NCBI RefSeq assembly: GCF_009914755.1
Contig: NC_060930.1
From: the human T2T-CHM13v2.0 reference genome, Homo sapiens
Direction: 5' to 3' (one strand)
DNA length: 64,000 nucleotides
Shown here: piece by piece, positions 15,263 to 28,640 of the stretch
Layout: each line of letters opens with the position of its first letter
Position numbering within the stretch: the first letter of the stretch is position 1
The notes under the pieces: model-generated
What the model was told of the DNA's origin: nothing
Databases searched by the model: none
Seen by the model: only the letters and a program-made list of their open reading frames with translations
Position numbers and translations under genes: made by a program

Positions 15263-16377
15263 AAGGAGAAGAGCCATTGCCTCCATTTTGGAGACAGGAG
15301 CCCAAGCCAGTCTCTCTGGATACTCTGCCCAGCTCGGCCCCTGCCACAGCCGAGGCCACAGAGCTGGGCTGCAGGAAGGAATCGGTCACACAAATAAGCC
15401 CTCTACCTAGCTGCCTACCTATCCAGACTCAGATTCTCCAACATGCCTGTTCACCTAATTTTCCACAGCTTAGCCAACAACAAAACATCTCCATCTGGTT
15501 CATTTTTCCTTTGCGTTATAACTGCAGCCCAGAAAAAGCCTGACTAGTTCATCGGGGCCTACTTTAAACCAAATCCAGAAAGCTTTAAGGGAAATAACAG
15601 GTGTCTGCCTGGGTTTCTTTTATGTGGAAATCAGATATCCAAGTATCACTTGTGTTTCCACAGGAAATTTTCCATCTTCAGTTTCTCATTGGTGTTATTC
15701 TAGGCAAAGAAGTACCCAATTGCTTTCACCACCACGTCTCTCCTTGAAATCACAGCACATCACCCCATTTGCTTCAAAAACCTCACCTCCAACTTCAGGA
15801 GGAGGCACAGGGCCCTGCCTGTGCAGAGGATGAAGATTTCACATGACGCAGCCCTAAGCATCCCTGGACTGGAGAAGCATGGAAGAAGTAAACGTCCCTC
15901 CCTGCTGTCCCTCATCAGCAAGGAGCCCGAGGGGGATCTCACCGGCACCCCTGCCCTCTGGACACAGGTGTCCTGCACACAGGCATTCATGTAGGCTCTC
16001 CATCCCCAGTACGGTGTGTCCACACCAATGCACATGACAGCCAGGCAGGCATGAGGGAAAACAGTCAGCTGTCCCCAGTCAATACCTCTTGGCCTCTTCC
16101 CTTCCCACCCCACCCTCCCTTCTTCCCCACACAGCTTCAAGTCCACGCAGATCTGGGTCTCCAGCATTATCTAATCAGCTCACTCCCACCCCACTCCCCG
16201 TATCCTGAAGAAACACGTAAAATCCCATCTGTGGGGGAAAAGTCTACTCAAGTTGTCTTGCTATAGGGAGCTCTGATGAAGCGTGGCGAGGGCATTCCTG
16301 CGGAGGGATCTCAACTCCCAAACGTCTTCCTGCATGTGCTCCTGTTCCTTTTTCTCCTCCCCCTCCCCGCCCCCTAC

Positions 16378-16483
16378 CTTGCTCCTCGCTGCTGTCCCCA
16401 AACCAGGCAGTGGGTTCCTCCTCTGGGAGCTGGGGTTCTCCGCCACCTCCTCCACCCTCGAGGGCTTTGCGTTTCTTCGACAT
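16378..16483 (-). CDS. PDE10A: First coding exon of a far-upstream long N-terminal PDE10A (cAMP/cGMP phosphodiesterase 10A) isoform: MSKKRKALEGGGGGGEPQLPEEEPTAWFGDSSEEQ plus 1 nt
   Basis: ATG at 16483-16481 in ggcagagATG context (-3 G); 35 open codons +1 nt, then CAAG|GTAGGG donor (intron starts 16377, phase 1). The peptide matches my recollection of rodent PDE10A11-13 N-termini, and phase 1 fits the shared PDE10A exon starting (G/S)LTDEKVKAY. Downstream exons are not in the window. Confidence 0.78.
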
Positions 16484-16775
16484 CTCTGCCCAGGGCTGGG
16501 GATTTGGGGGTTTTCTTTCCCCACCCCCTGGCCCTCCCCCCTCGGAGAGGAGAGTGAAGGTGGGGTTGGATGGAGGGGAGGGGGTTAGGTGCAGAGGAAA
16601 GGGGTGGGGAGAAGAGACCAGAGAGGGAGATGGAAGAGATTGCTGCTTCAGGAGGGGAAGGGACTTGGGGTGGCAGGAAAGGCAGAGGGGCAGGGACTCA
16701 GTGCAGAAATCCTACAATCCGGTCCATCAATGTAGCCCTACGTCTAGGAGACTGTTTGCTGGTGTTGCGCCTCTC

Positions 16776-16816
<41 letters not shown>

Positions 16817-16880
16817 CTCCCTCTCCCTCTCTCAGTCTCTCTCTCCTTCCTCCTTCCTCCTTTTCCTTCAACTAGAAGGG
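16484..16880 (-). other. PDE10A: Probable 5' UTR/TSS region of the upstream PDE10A exon, with a (GA)n-rich leader
   Basis: GC-rich sequence and a (CT)n tract at 16771-16860 directly 5' of the ATG on the minus strand. TSS position is inferred, not seen. Confidence 0.45.
16771..16860. repeat. (CT)n/pyrimidine-rich tract
   Basis: Direct reading. Confidence 0.95.
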
Positions 16881-17797
16881 TGAGCCGAGAGGGGAGGAGA
16901 GATCAAACCAGAAAGGAGAGGCTCCTTGGGTGCCTCAGCGGATTTCTTCCCCATTTGGGGGGGCGATGGGGTGGGGTGCTATGAGGACTCCTGGCCCTGT
17001 CTAGCTATGAAGGAGTGGTGTCTTATGGTTGGGCTTGGCTTGGCTTGGGGGGAGGGGGGACGGGACAGTGTTTGCAGTGTTTGGTGAGGATGCGATTTCA
17101 ATGGGTTGCAAGGAAAATTGGGTGGCATGAAGAAAATAAAATGCTGCAGAATGCAATCTAGTGATGCTTTCAGGTGCTGGGGACTCCGGACCCCCTCCTC
17201 CCCTATGACATCACAGGATCTTTTGCAGAAGAGACTGGGGGAGGTGGGGGGAGAGAAGAGAGTGGCGGCAGAGGCGAGGATCAAAAGAGCAGGGGGTCCT
17301 GTCCCCACTGAGAACTGGAGAAGGGCGGCTGGCTCGGGAGGAAGGAAGTTGCGGTGCACACACCATCCCTTCTCCAGGCCGCCTCGGGAGGCACCTGCGG
17401 GTCTGGCGCGGCAGCCGCTGCGGTTTGCAGCTGGCGCGCAGCCCTCGCTGGGAACTTGGAGCTCTCAAACTCCTCGGATCAAGCGTTAGCCCCGAGGCTG
17501 TCAGTTGGCGCTGGGGCGGGCTGCAGTCTCTCTCCCCTCCTCTGCAAACCCTTGAGTCTTCGGCTTTATATACTCCCTTTTCTTCTTTCTCGAGTCCACT
17601 CATCACCCTTTCCCCCAAACAGTCACCTCCACAAACACAACACACCACACACGCGCACACGTTTTCTTATTGCCAAAAAGGGTGGAGGGAAAGGACAGGA
17701 AGTTTTTTTAAGTACACGCACACACACACAAAGATTGGGACTAAGTTTTTCTGGACTCTCAAGGGTTAAATAATAGGTAAAAGAACTGTCAACTTAC

Positions 17798-18318
17798 CCG
17801 CCAAAGTATGCTGACGCGCATATCTGCTTTCCGCTTCATTTCGAGTTCATAAATTTAAAAAGAGACAGTGAGAGAAAGAAAAAGAAAAAAAAAGGCAAGG
17901 CGCCGGGAGCACAGTGGGTCCAGGGTTCCATGGAGAACTGCGCAAAGCAAGTTGCCAAGAAAGCCCGCTGGCCAAGTTCGGGACCTGTCCACCACGCTCG
18001 CGCGCTCCGCTCAGCAGGCAGATTCCAAAGGCTTGGGGCACTCTGGGGTGCGCGCCGATCTTCTCGCAAAAGGCGAGTGTGTGGGGTTCCTCCTTCCCTC
18101 CTTTCCATCTGGGGGTCTCGGGGAAAGCTGCACCCAGCGCCTTGGGCGCCCATGAAGACCAGTCCATCTCAGCTCAAGCTCCCAGCAGCAGCAACTTCGG
18201 ACTCAGACCTCTCTCTTTAGAACATGAGTGCTTGTGTGTGCGTGCGTGTGTGTGTGTGTGTGTGTCCGAGTGCACTTCACATTTGGGGGTGCATGTGCTC
18301 TCAGGAACGACTCTCCCG
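17798..18318 (-). ncRNA. LINC00473: LINC00473 (C6orf176) exon 1, a cAMP/CREB-CRTC-inducible lncRNA
   Basis: Strong donor TGGCGG|GTAAGT at 17798/17797. Contains CACAGTGGGTCCAGGGTT (~17910) and the reverse complement of GATGGAAAGGAGGGAAGG (~18092-18109), which I recall as LINC00473 qPCR primer sites. TATA-like CTTAAAG at 18350-18344 and two CREs just upstream. 5' end is approximate. Confidence 0.8.
18233..18265. repeat. (TG)n microsatellite in LINC00473 exon 1
   Basis: Direct reading; interrupted by cgtgcg. Confidence 0.95.
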
Positions 18319-18339
18319 GCTGCCCGGAACTTAGAGAGT

Positions 18340-18720
18340 TTCCCTTTAAGCCGGAGATGCTGCTCGGACACCCCCCCGCGTCCAACAGGAGGCGATGACG
18401 TCTGTAGCCTCGTTGCCAGAACAGTCCCCAGGCTACCGCTGCCGTTCATTGACAGGAGCGGGCGCTCGGACGTCAGCAGCCGGACCTTTGGCAAGGCTGC
18501 TCCCGCGGAGACGGCTCCCACCCCCGCACCTGCCAGCCCGCCCCCCCGGGGGGTGGTCACGAAATCAAAGCCACCAGAGGAGGGGCCCGGGGAGGTGCTG
18601 GGGCTGGGGGAGGGGGATGACTCGGATCTGCCCTCTTTGTCCTGGAGCACCGGAGTATATAAATAGTGCAGTCTCCAGCCAGACTCTCTCCCAGTCTTGC
18701 ACGCCCCCGCAGTCCCCCCA
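18340..18720. promoter_or_regulatory. Bidirectional cAMP/activity-responsive promoter
   Basis: Minus-strand TTAAAG near 18349; CRE 7/8 matches TGACGTCT 18396-18403 and GGACGTCA 18468-18475; GTCACGA (bHLH-PAS/NPAS4-type) 18556-18562; AP-1-like TGACTCG ~18618-18624; TATATAAATAG 18656-18666; EGR consensus CGCCCCCGC 18702-18710. Confidence 0.75.
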
Positions 18721-19890
18721 ACCCGACCCCCGCCCCTTGTCACTACGTGTCGGGCTCGCTCTGCCTGGAGGGAGGCTGGGGTGCGGGGAAGCAGGGAGTG
18801 CAAACAGACATTGGTTCTCTTTCCTCTTCCCATTCATACATTTCTGTTGGAGTCCTAGGGCCGCCGCGCCGGGAGTCGCAATGAATGGATGGATGCCCGC
18901 GCGCTGGGACCACCAGGTCCGCAGAGATGTCGCCGGCGCTAGGGGCGCTCCTCCCGCGTGGGGACAGGCGCCCTCGCCTAGGCGCAGTGTGGGGGGACCC
19001 CAAAAGACCCTTAAGAGGCCAAAGGCCTGCTCTCCCCGTTCTCCCCAACACACACCAGGGGTCTTTTCTGCCCCGGAGAAGTTGGGACGCAAAACGTAGG
19101 GAACTGCGCTCAGTCTCCGCACCACGAAGAGTCGAGATGGGGACCGAGACCAGCACGGACGGTAGCAACAGAGAGGGGAGCGCCCAAGTGGCGCAACGTT
19201 GTGGCTGAAGCCAAGCCTGTCGCCTCCCCCTGAGTACCGCTGGCGGCCCAGGACCGTGCGCTCTCCCTTCCTGAGCACCCAGGGATGCACTGCGCAGGGA
19301 AGGAGGGCACGGCGGGAGGGTGCTTGCAGGGGACTGCTGCGCGGATTCCCCATCCGCACCCGGCTCGCGGGGAATCCGTGGGCTTGCACTCGCCAGAAAG
19401 AGCTGCTGCAGGAGCAGCCGGATGGTGAGGCCCGTTCCCGACCCTGGGTGGGAGGAACTTAAAGGGCTGAGTTCTGAGGCGCCAGGCACAGGGCGCAGCT
19501 TCATAAATGCACCCAAAAGCTTCCATGGACAGACGGCACAGATGTCGCTGAAGTGAACCTAAGGAAGTTTGCTACCCCAAGACCCGGGCTTCGCAACAGG
19601 TGACAACAGACGTCTGGGAGTGTGGTGACACCTGCGCAGAGTCCCTGGTGGTTCAACCTGTCCGAGAAGGTTGCAAGAAGATGCCACTGTCTTACCTTTC
19701 TCCCCTAGTGCTCATGCCCCAGAAAAGGCCACTGGGTCACTAGATCCCAACCCCTTGTGCCATGAGAGGGAAGCCTGCACAACGGCGTTGGCACTCCCCC
19801 ATAAATCGTCTCCTGGGTCCTTCCCATTACGCACACACATAATGTCATTTCTCCAGGGAAAAATAAATAACAACTTTCTTGACTCTCCAC
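18690..19890 (+). ncRNA. LINC00602: Divergent plus-strand lncRNA, probably LINC00602; exon structure only partly inferred
   Basis: Plus-strand TATA box 18656-18664; candidate donor ATG|GTGAGG ~19424/19425; acceptor cttacctttctcccctAG ending 19708; AATAAA 19862-19867. I recall LINC00602 lying head-to-head with LINC00473; its annotated start may be further left, overlapping exon 1. Confidence 0.5.
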
Positions 19891-19989
19891 CTTCTCCCTC
19901 CATCTCTACCCAGGTTCTCTGTTTCCCTTTACAAAAGAATGCAGCTGTCTAGATGGTGGCTCTGGTCTCTCTCCTCTCTCTGGGTCTTG

Positions 19990-20980
19990 AATCGTTCCAA
20001 AACACTTTCTTAAGAGTTCTACTTCTGCTGTCCTGCAATATCTCACTTTTACTGAGGTCACCATTCAACCCAAAACTCTCTATCCAAGAGTCCATTCTTA
20101 GACATCTTAGATGACTTACCCATGACAGTGGACAGAATTCTTCATTCCTGCCTCCTTAGAATACAACCTTGACTCAGCTTTCCAGATGCTCCACTCTGCT
20201 GATTTGTGTCCCACCTTTCTGGATATTCCCCCTTAGACACATTTGCTGAACTCCTCGTCTCCCCACTGTCTTCATGTTGCAGTGTCCCAAGGCTCATCTG
20301 TGGACCTGTTATTTTCCATCACTCCCTGCTCCCTTGGTGATCTCGCTCAGCCTCATGGGTTTAAATCTGAATACTAATGACGCTTGCACTTATATGTTTA
20401 GCCCAGACCCTCCCCTAAACTCTACACTCATGTATCTAGCTACCAGCTCCACTGGGGCATCTAGAAGTTATCTGAAACCTAACATGGCTGTTACTGAGCT
20501 GTTGGTTTTACCCCCATCACAAACCTGCTCTTCCCACAGTTTTTCCACCTTGGTGAATGGAAAGCCCACACCCATCATGTCTGGGTTATAGCTGTTGCCA
20601 CCTCCCTCAGCTCTCACTCTGCCCACGCCTCCTTCACTCTATTCTCAGCCACATGGGCCTTCCTAGAACCCACCAGGCACCCTCCCAACTCAGAGCCTTT
20701 GCAGCTGCTGATTCCTCTCCAGGAACTCCTCTGCCCAATGTCCTGAATATCTGCAGGGCACATTCTCTTCCTCTTTCACATTTTTTCCTCTTGCACCTCT
20801 TCAAGAAGCCTCCAGAGTCCACCCCACCACACACTGCTACACCACCTCTCCCAGCACTTATTCCCGCCTTTCTTTGCTTTACTTCCTCCATGCATTGCTT
20901 GTGGTTGACTTATCTGCCTCGTTTAGTGTAGTTCCCCAGTAAAATGTCAGCTTCCTAATGGCAGGAATTTTGCCTTTGCT
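19990..20980 (+). mobile_element. L2 (L2a-like) fragment
   Basis: Pyrimidine-rich L2 motifs: cagtgtcccaaggctc, cctcatgggtttaaat, aaacctaacatggc, agagcctttgcagctgctgattcctct. Confidence 0.7.
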
Positions 20981-21133
20981 TATAATTGCATAAAAACTAC
21001 ATAACCTCATCAAACTTTCTTTACCTGTCACCACACATTCAGGAGTTCCTGATTCATCTCTTAGAACATAGAAGAAACTGAGCTTGGAGGTTGGCAAAGG
21101 CCATTTCTCTGTCATGGTGATCTCTCACATTAA

Positions 21134-21157
21134 ATGTGTGTGTGTGTGTGTGTGTGT
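21134..21157. repeat. (TG)n microsatellite
   Basis: Direct reading. Confidence 0.95.
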
Positions 21158-21629
21158 ATCTGCCCAAGACCACTGTCACACCTCTGGTGATTCCTGAGAA
21201 ATGCAATCTCTCTACCTTCCTCACTTTCTTCTTCAATCCTTTCTTTGCCTTCCCCTATTTCTTTCTTTTCTCTCCATTAGTCTTCTTTTCTTTTCTGCCT
21301 TAAGCCTCCCATGGGCACCAAGGGGCATGCCTACCTAGCCCTTGGCCACCAAGGAGGTAAAGGGGACCTTCAGGCTTACCTGTGTTCTCAAAGCCGCCTG
21401 CTCCTTCCCATCCATCCTGTTTCAATGCGTTCACATCCCTTCTCATCAGCAAGGAAATATATCCCTGTTTCTAGAGCTTTGGAGTACCCAAATTAGATGT
21501 CAAACATTTGAGTCATTTAATAACTGCTGAGCTCTAGGGCTCCAGAATGAAGTCCTGGGATCTCCCCTCAAGGCTGTCCTAATCCAGTGCAGGAGAGGGA
21601 CAGGCACACTATCAAGGCATCAAGGTGCT

Positions 21630-21809
21630 GACAAGGGTGCTGATGAAGGCAGCCAGTGCGACGAGGGCGCTGATGAAGGCAGCCAGTGCGACGAGGGCGC
21701 TGATGAAGGCAGCCAGTGGGACGAGGGTGCTGGTGAAGGCAGCCAGCACGACAAGGGCACTGGTGAAGGCAGCCAGCGTGCGAGGGCGCTGGTGAAGGCA
21801 GCCAGTGCA
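21630..21809. repeat. 30-bp minisatellite, 6 units (GACGAGGGCGCTGATGAAGGCAGCCAGTGC)
   Basis: Units at ~21631, 21661, 21691, 21721, 21751 and 21781 with few substitutions. Confidence 0.95.
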
Positions 21810-23090
21810 GGAGTTCCTGGAGTCCAGGTCACCGGAAAGGTGGGAGAGAGGACCACAGGGGGAGCTGCATCCAAGATGGGTTTGCAGGCCTTGGGGGAGC
21901 TCAACAGTGGAGGCAGCTGTGCAAGCCCCAGAGGCAGGAGTGAGTGGGATGGTTGGCACGCTGGGCATCAGGGTGGTTTGGGTGCCAGTGCCGGGATGGA
22001 GGGTGAACAGACAATGAAGGGCCTTCAGCCTACGCTGAAGAGAGCCTGCATCCTGAAGGGCTTTATGAAAGAGAAAAAATGGTGTCCTACATGTTTGAGT
22101 CGAAAAGTTGATGAGTGGATCAGGAGGTGAAATCAGAGGCAGGAGGAACAGCCGGAAGAGGCTATTCCGGGGTAAGGCACTAAAGGAGATGAGTTGGCCA
22201 TGTGGGACGAGAGGATGTGGAGGCCCACACTTCCAGTGCACGTGTAACTGCCCACCTTCTGCCGCAGGACCTGAAAATAAGTTAGAGTTTGCTGAGGATT
22301 ACAGGGTCATTGGTGTCGAGGGGGCAGATGCTGCTTCATGCCCGCCCTCTTAGCTGGGCACCACTTTGGTGGTATGAGTGCAGTTTATAATCTGTCACCT
22401 ATCCTGCACATCTGGAAACTCCGTGTCACCAGCTTAACCTGAACAGATCCATGTCAAAGGAGCTTAGATGAAGACTCATGAGAGATTGATGTAGGAGCCA
22501 GAAGCCACCTTGTTACTCTACAGTGGGCAATTAGTCTTTGTGAGCACTAGAATACTCTTTTCCTTTCCTCTGGCCACCTCTACCCATATCAAAGTTATAA
22601 CTGATCAAATTACAGGGCAAATTTCATCTAAGCTATGGTAAGGGCAATACATTTGTCATGTGAGCCTAGGAAATGCAATGCAATTCTCTAAGGATGCTTC
22701 CCCAATTCGTTCCATGCCGGGTATCCACTTGACTGTCAGTGGCCTTGCTTCCTCATCCCTGTGTTACTGCTTCCACACTGACCCATAAGACCTTAAGGAG
22801 GTTCTTTAAGAACAAAAATGCCCTGCGCAAGGCTTCAGCACTTCTGACATGTGGACGGCCTTCGCTTTAGTGTGAGAGCTGCTTCACATAGTCAGACCTT
22901 TTCATTTTCCCTTTTCTTGGAAGGGCGTTTTTAGGTTCTTCTCATTCTGAGAAGAAGAGAGACCTTCAGATAAACGGAGTGTTAATTCTGTCCACTTCCA
23001 AGGAATAGTGCAGAAAAAATGAGCAAAACCAAAGTAGCTTACAGACTACTTTATAAGAACCCATCATTAGACAAACTGATACTTCCCTCA

Positions 23091-23427
23091 TGCTGTAGTC
23101 TGAATGTGCCGTCCAAAACTCATGTGTTTGAAACTTAATCCCCATCTCAACAGTGTTGGAAGGTGGGGCCTAGTGAGAGGTTTAGGTCCTGATGGCTCTG
23201 CCTTCATGAACGAATGAACAGCACTATAAAAAGGGCTTAAGGAGAGGGTTAATCCCTTCTGCCTCCTTCTGCCATGTGGTGAGGAGCAAGAAAGCCCTCA
23301 CCAGAGGCTGGCAACAACTTGATCTTGGACTTCCCAGCCTCCACAACCATGAGAAATACATTTCTGTGCTTTATGAATTACTCAGTCTGAGGTATTCTGT
23401 TATAGCAGCACAAAACAGACTAAGACA
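23091..23427 (+). mobile_element. MaLR solo LTR (MSTB/MSTD-like)
   Basis: TGCTGTAGTCTGAATGT...AAACAGACTAAGACA termini; 5-bp TSD cctca/cccca. Confidence 0.85.
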
Positions 23428-23884
23428 CCCCACTACATTGACCGATTGAGCACAACAATTTCTATACAGAAAAAAATTTCTAACTTATGGGAAACTATTT
23501 TAAAATAAGTACAGGAAACACAGAAAGTCTGGAAGAAGCTTACTTAAAGTTGCAAATGGGTTAGATCTAAAAACATTCAGAATGTAATCATTGATTTTTA
23601 GAGCTACAAGAAACAGTAAGTTATCTAAGAAGGCTAATTCTCCAGCCCCAAAATACTCTGTTATAAATGAGGAAAAGGAGAGCAAATAATATGACATAGA
23701 ACATTTGTTGTAGGCCTTGAAGTAACTTTTTTGGGAAGAAGGACATTATAGCTATGCATTATGCTTGGATTTTAAACTAATCATATAATTGCAGAAATAT
23801 TATATCATATCTGTTCTTCTTCCATAAGTGGCATAGTTTAGTTATTCTATATATGTTCATTTATTTAAATTCCATCACCCACAG

Positions 23885-26600
<2,716 letters not shown>

Positions 26601-26668
26601 TTCTAATTTACTAATCATTTTCTTTTTTAAAGAACAATAAATAAAACTTCCAAGGGGTGATAGAGCTG

Positions 26669-27053
26669 TGTATTAGTCTGTTCTTCTATTGCTGTGTGGA
26701 ACTACCTGAGACTGGATAATTTAGGCAGAAAAGAAGTTTAATTGACTCAGTGTTCCACAGGCTGAACAAGAAGCAGGACTGGGGAGGCCTCAGGAAACTT
26801 AACGATCATGGCAGAAGGTGAAGGGGAAGCAGGCACATCTTCACATGGTGGAGCAGGAGACAGAGAGCAAAGGGGGAAGCACTACATACTTTTACAAAAC
26901 CAGATCTCGTGAGAACTCACTCACTATCACTAGAACAGCAAGGAGGAAGTCGGCCCCCATGATCCAATTACCTCCCCTCAGGCCCCTCCTCCAACACTGA
27001 AGATTACAATTCAACAGGAGATTTGGGTGGGAACACAGAGCCAAACCATATCA
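26669..27053 (-). mobile_element. MaLR solo LTR (MSTA-like)
   Basis: TGTATTAGTCTGTTC...CCAAACCATATCA; TSD agctg/atctg. Confidence 0.88.
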
Positions 27054-27282
27054 ATCTGCATTAATTTAAAAATATTTAATGCATTTTAAGGAAGTAATTT
27101 GGTTCTCCCAGCTGGAATGGTTAGGATCTAAGGCCTACTTCACCCTCAGACAATTTGGGCTCCGGCGAACTTGAGAGTATGGAATACAAAAGCATGTTTC
27201 TATAATACTGGTCTACTAAACTCAGCATATACATTTTCCATCTGGTATCCTCCATGTTATATAATAAAATATACTAGAAATA

Positions 27283-27589
27283 GCCCGGGTGCAGTGGCTC
27301 ATGCCTGTAATTCCAACACTTGGGGAGGCCAAGGCAGGCAGATCACCTGAGGTGACAAGTTCGAGACCAGCCTGGCCAACATGATGAAACCCGGTCTGTA
27401 CTAAAAATACAAAAATTAGCCAGGTATGGTAGTGTGTTCCTGTGATCCCAGCTACTAGGGAGGCTGAGGCAAGAAAATCACTTGAATGTGAGAGGCGGAA
27501 GTTTCAGAGAGCAAAGATTGGGCCACTGTACTCCAGCCTGGGCAACAGAGCGAGATTTCATCTATCTATCTATTTATCTATCTATCTAT
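27283..27589 (+). mobile_element. AluS with a (TCTA)n-converted tail
   Basis: Alu dimer to ~27560, then TCTA repeats. Confidence 0.93.
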
Positions 27590-27599
27590 GAAATAAATT

Positions 27600-27760
27600 G
27601 ATTAGAACCAAATGTGATTTCTGTTCTCAATTCTGACATGTTCTTGTTCTGTGAATTTGGGAAAGTCACTTAATGCTACTAAGCCTCTGTTTCCTTGTCT
27701 GTAAAAGGGGGGAAAATAATAATTTTCATAATTACACAATGAGTTTAAGAATCAAGTGTG
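27600..27760 (+). mobile_element. MIR
   Basis: Core ttgggaaagtcacttaa...aagcctctgtttccttgtctgtaaaa. Confidence 0.75.
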
Positions 27761-27792
27761 TGTGTGTCATTTATAGGCATAATCACAAAGTT

Positions 27793-27797
27793 CTATC

Positions 27798-27834
<37 letters not shown>

Positions 27835-27850
27835 ATCATCTATCTATCTG
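27793..27850. repeat. (TCTA)n tetranucleotide STR
   Basis: Direct reading. Confidence 0.92.
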
Positions 27851-28434
27851 TCATCTACCCATATCTCTATATGTCTATAGTCTTTGAAACATCTCCCTTT
27901 CAAGATAGTGAGAAGATAAAAAAAATTTAACTAAAATTTGGGAAGCCTGGGTTTTTTTGTTCATTTTTATCCTAACCACTGTAAACTCACTGTTTAATTC
28001 TAGAAATGTTATTTCACCTTTCTGAATCTTATCTTCTACATCTGTAAAATGAAAGGGCTAAACTGGTTGATCTGTAAGATTCTTTCTGGTCCTAAAACAT
28101 TTTGATTCTTCGTGTAACCTATGTTAGGTTGGTGGTGAGTGCACTAAGAGAGTGGAAAAGAATTTCACTCCCCGTATTTGAAGATCCTCAGCAAAAATAA
28201 ATTTTTTAAAAATGAAACTTTGAAAAAAGAGAACTAGTACAGCTCCCTAAAGTCATTTTGAAGATCATATTTTCCACCTAGGAGGTGTGAGACCAGCCAC
28301 CTTTGATTCAATGGAAAGTATTTAGATTTTTTTCTTGCCTTTCCATAAGATCTCGAATTTTTTAGTGTAATTTTTGAGTGCAGAATCTCGAGATTTTGAA
28401 TTTTGGGTGTAGTTGGCTAACAAACAAAGGCTGA

Positions 28435-28640
28435 AAAGGAAGAATGGAAGGGAGGGAGGAAAGAAGGGAGGGAGAGGAGAAGAAAAAGGAAGAAAGAAAG
28501 AAGAAAGGAAGATAAAAGAGAGAAGAAAGAAAGAAAGAGAAAGAAAGAAAAGAAAGAAAGAAAAGAAAAGAAAGAGAGAGAAAGGGAGAGAGAGAAAGCA
28601 AAGAAGGAAGGAAGGAGGAAGAAAGAAGAGGAGAGGAGAG
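28435..28640. repeat. ~200-bp polypurine (GA-rich) tract
   Basis: Almost entirely A/G on the plus strand. Confidence 0.92.

Larger units (their letters stand above)
17330..19650. promoter_or_regulatory. Promoter CpG island
   Basis: High GC and dense CpG against CpG-depleted flanks. Confidence 0.85.

Noticed and set aside
16244-16377. Remainder of the 79-aa ORF 16244..16483
   Set aside because: Lies beyond the GT donor at 16377; intronic read-through.
17855-17893. U-rich tract in LINC00473 exon 1 as a cryptic 3' splice site
   Set aside because: The first AG is over 20 nt away across purine-containing sequence; no supporting evidence.
17914-19516. Long overlapping ORFs (219-274 aa) on both strands
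   Set aside because: Expected in stop-poor CpG-island DNA; low-complexity P/G/R/A composition, no recognisable domain, and some cross a microsatellite.
18919-19551. CTCF-like AGATGTCGC (~18926, ~19540) and REST-like CAGCACGGAC (~19151)
   Set aside because: CTCF 5' halves match poorly and the REST half-site spacing is wrong; not supportable without a PWM scan or ChIP.
21630-21809. CRISPR-like array
   Set aside because: Head-to-tail repeats without unique spacers, no cas genes, eukaryotic context.
21612-22241. 209-aa ORF with hydrophobic decapeptide repeats
   Set aside because: Product of the 30-bp VNTR; no exon or promoter support.
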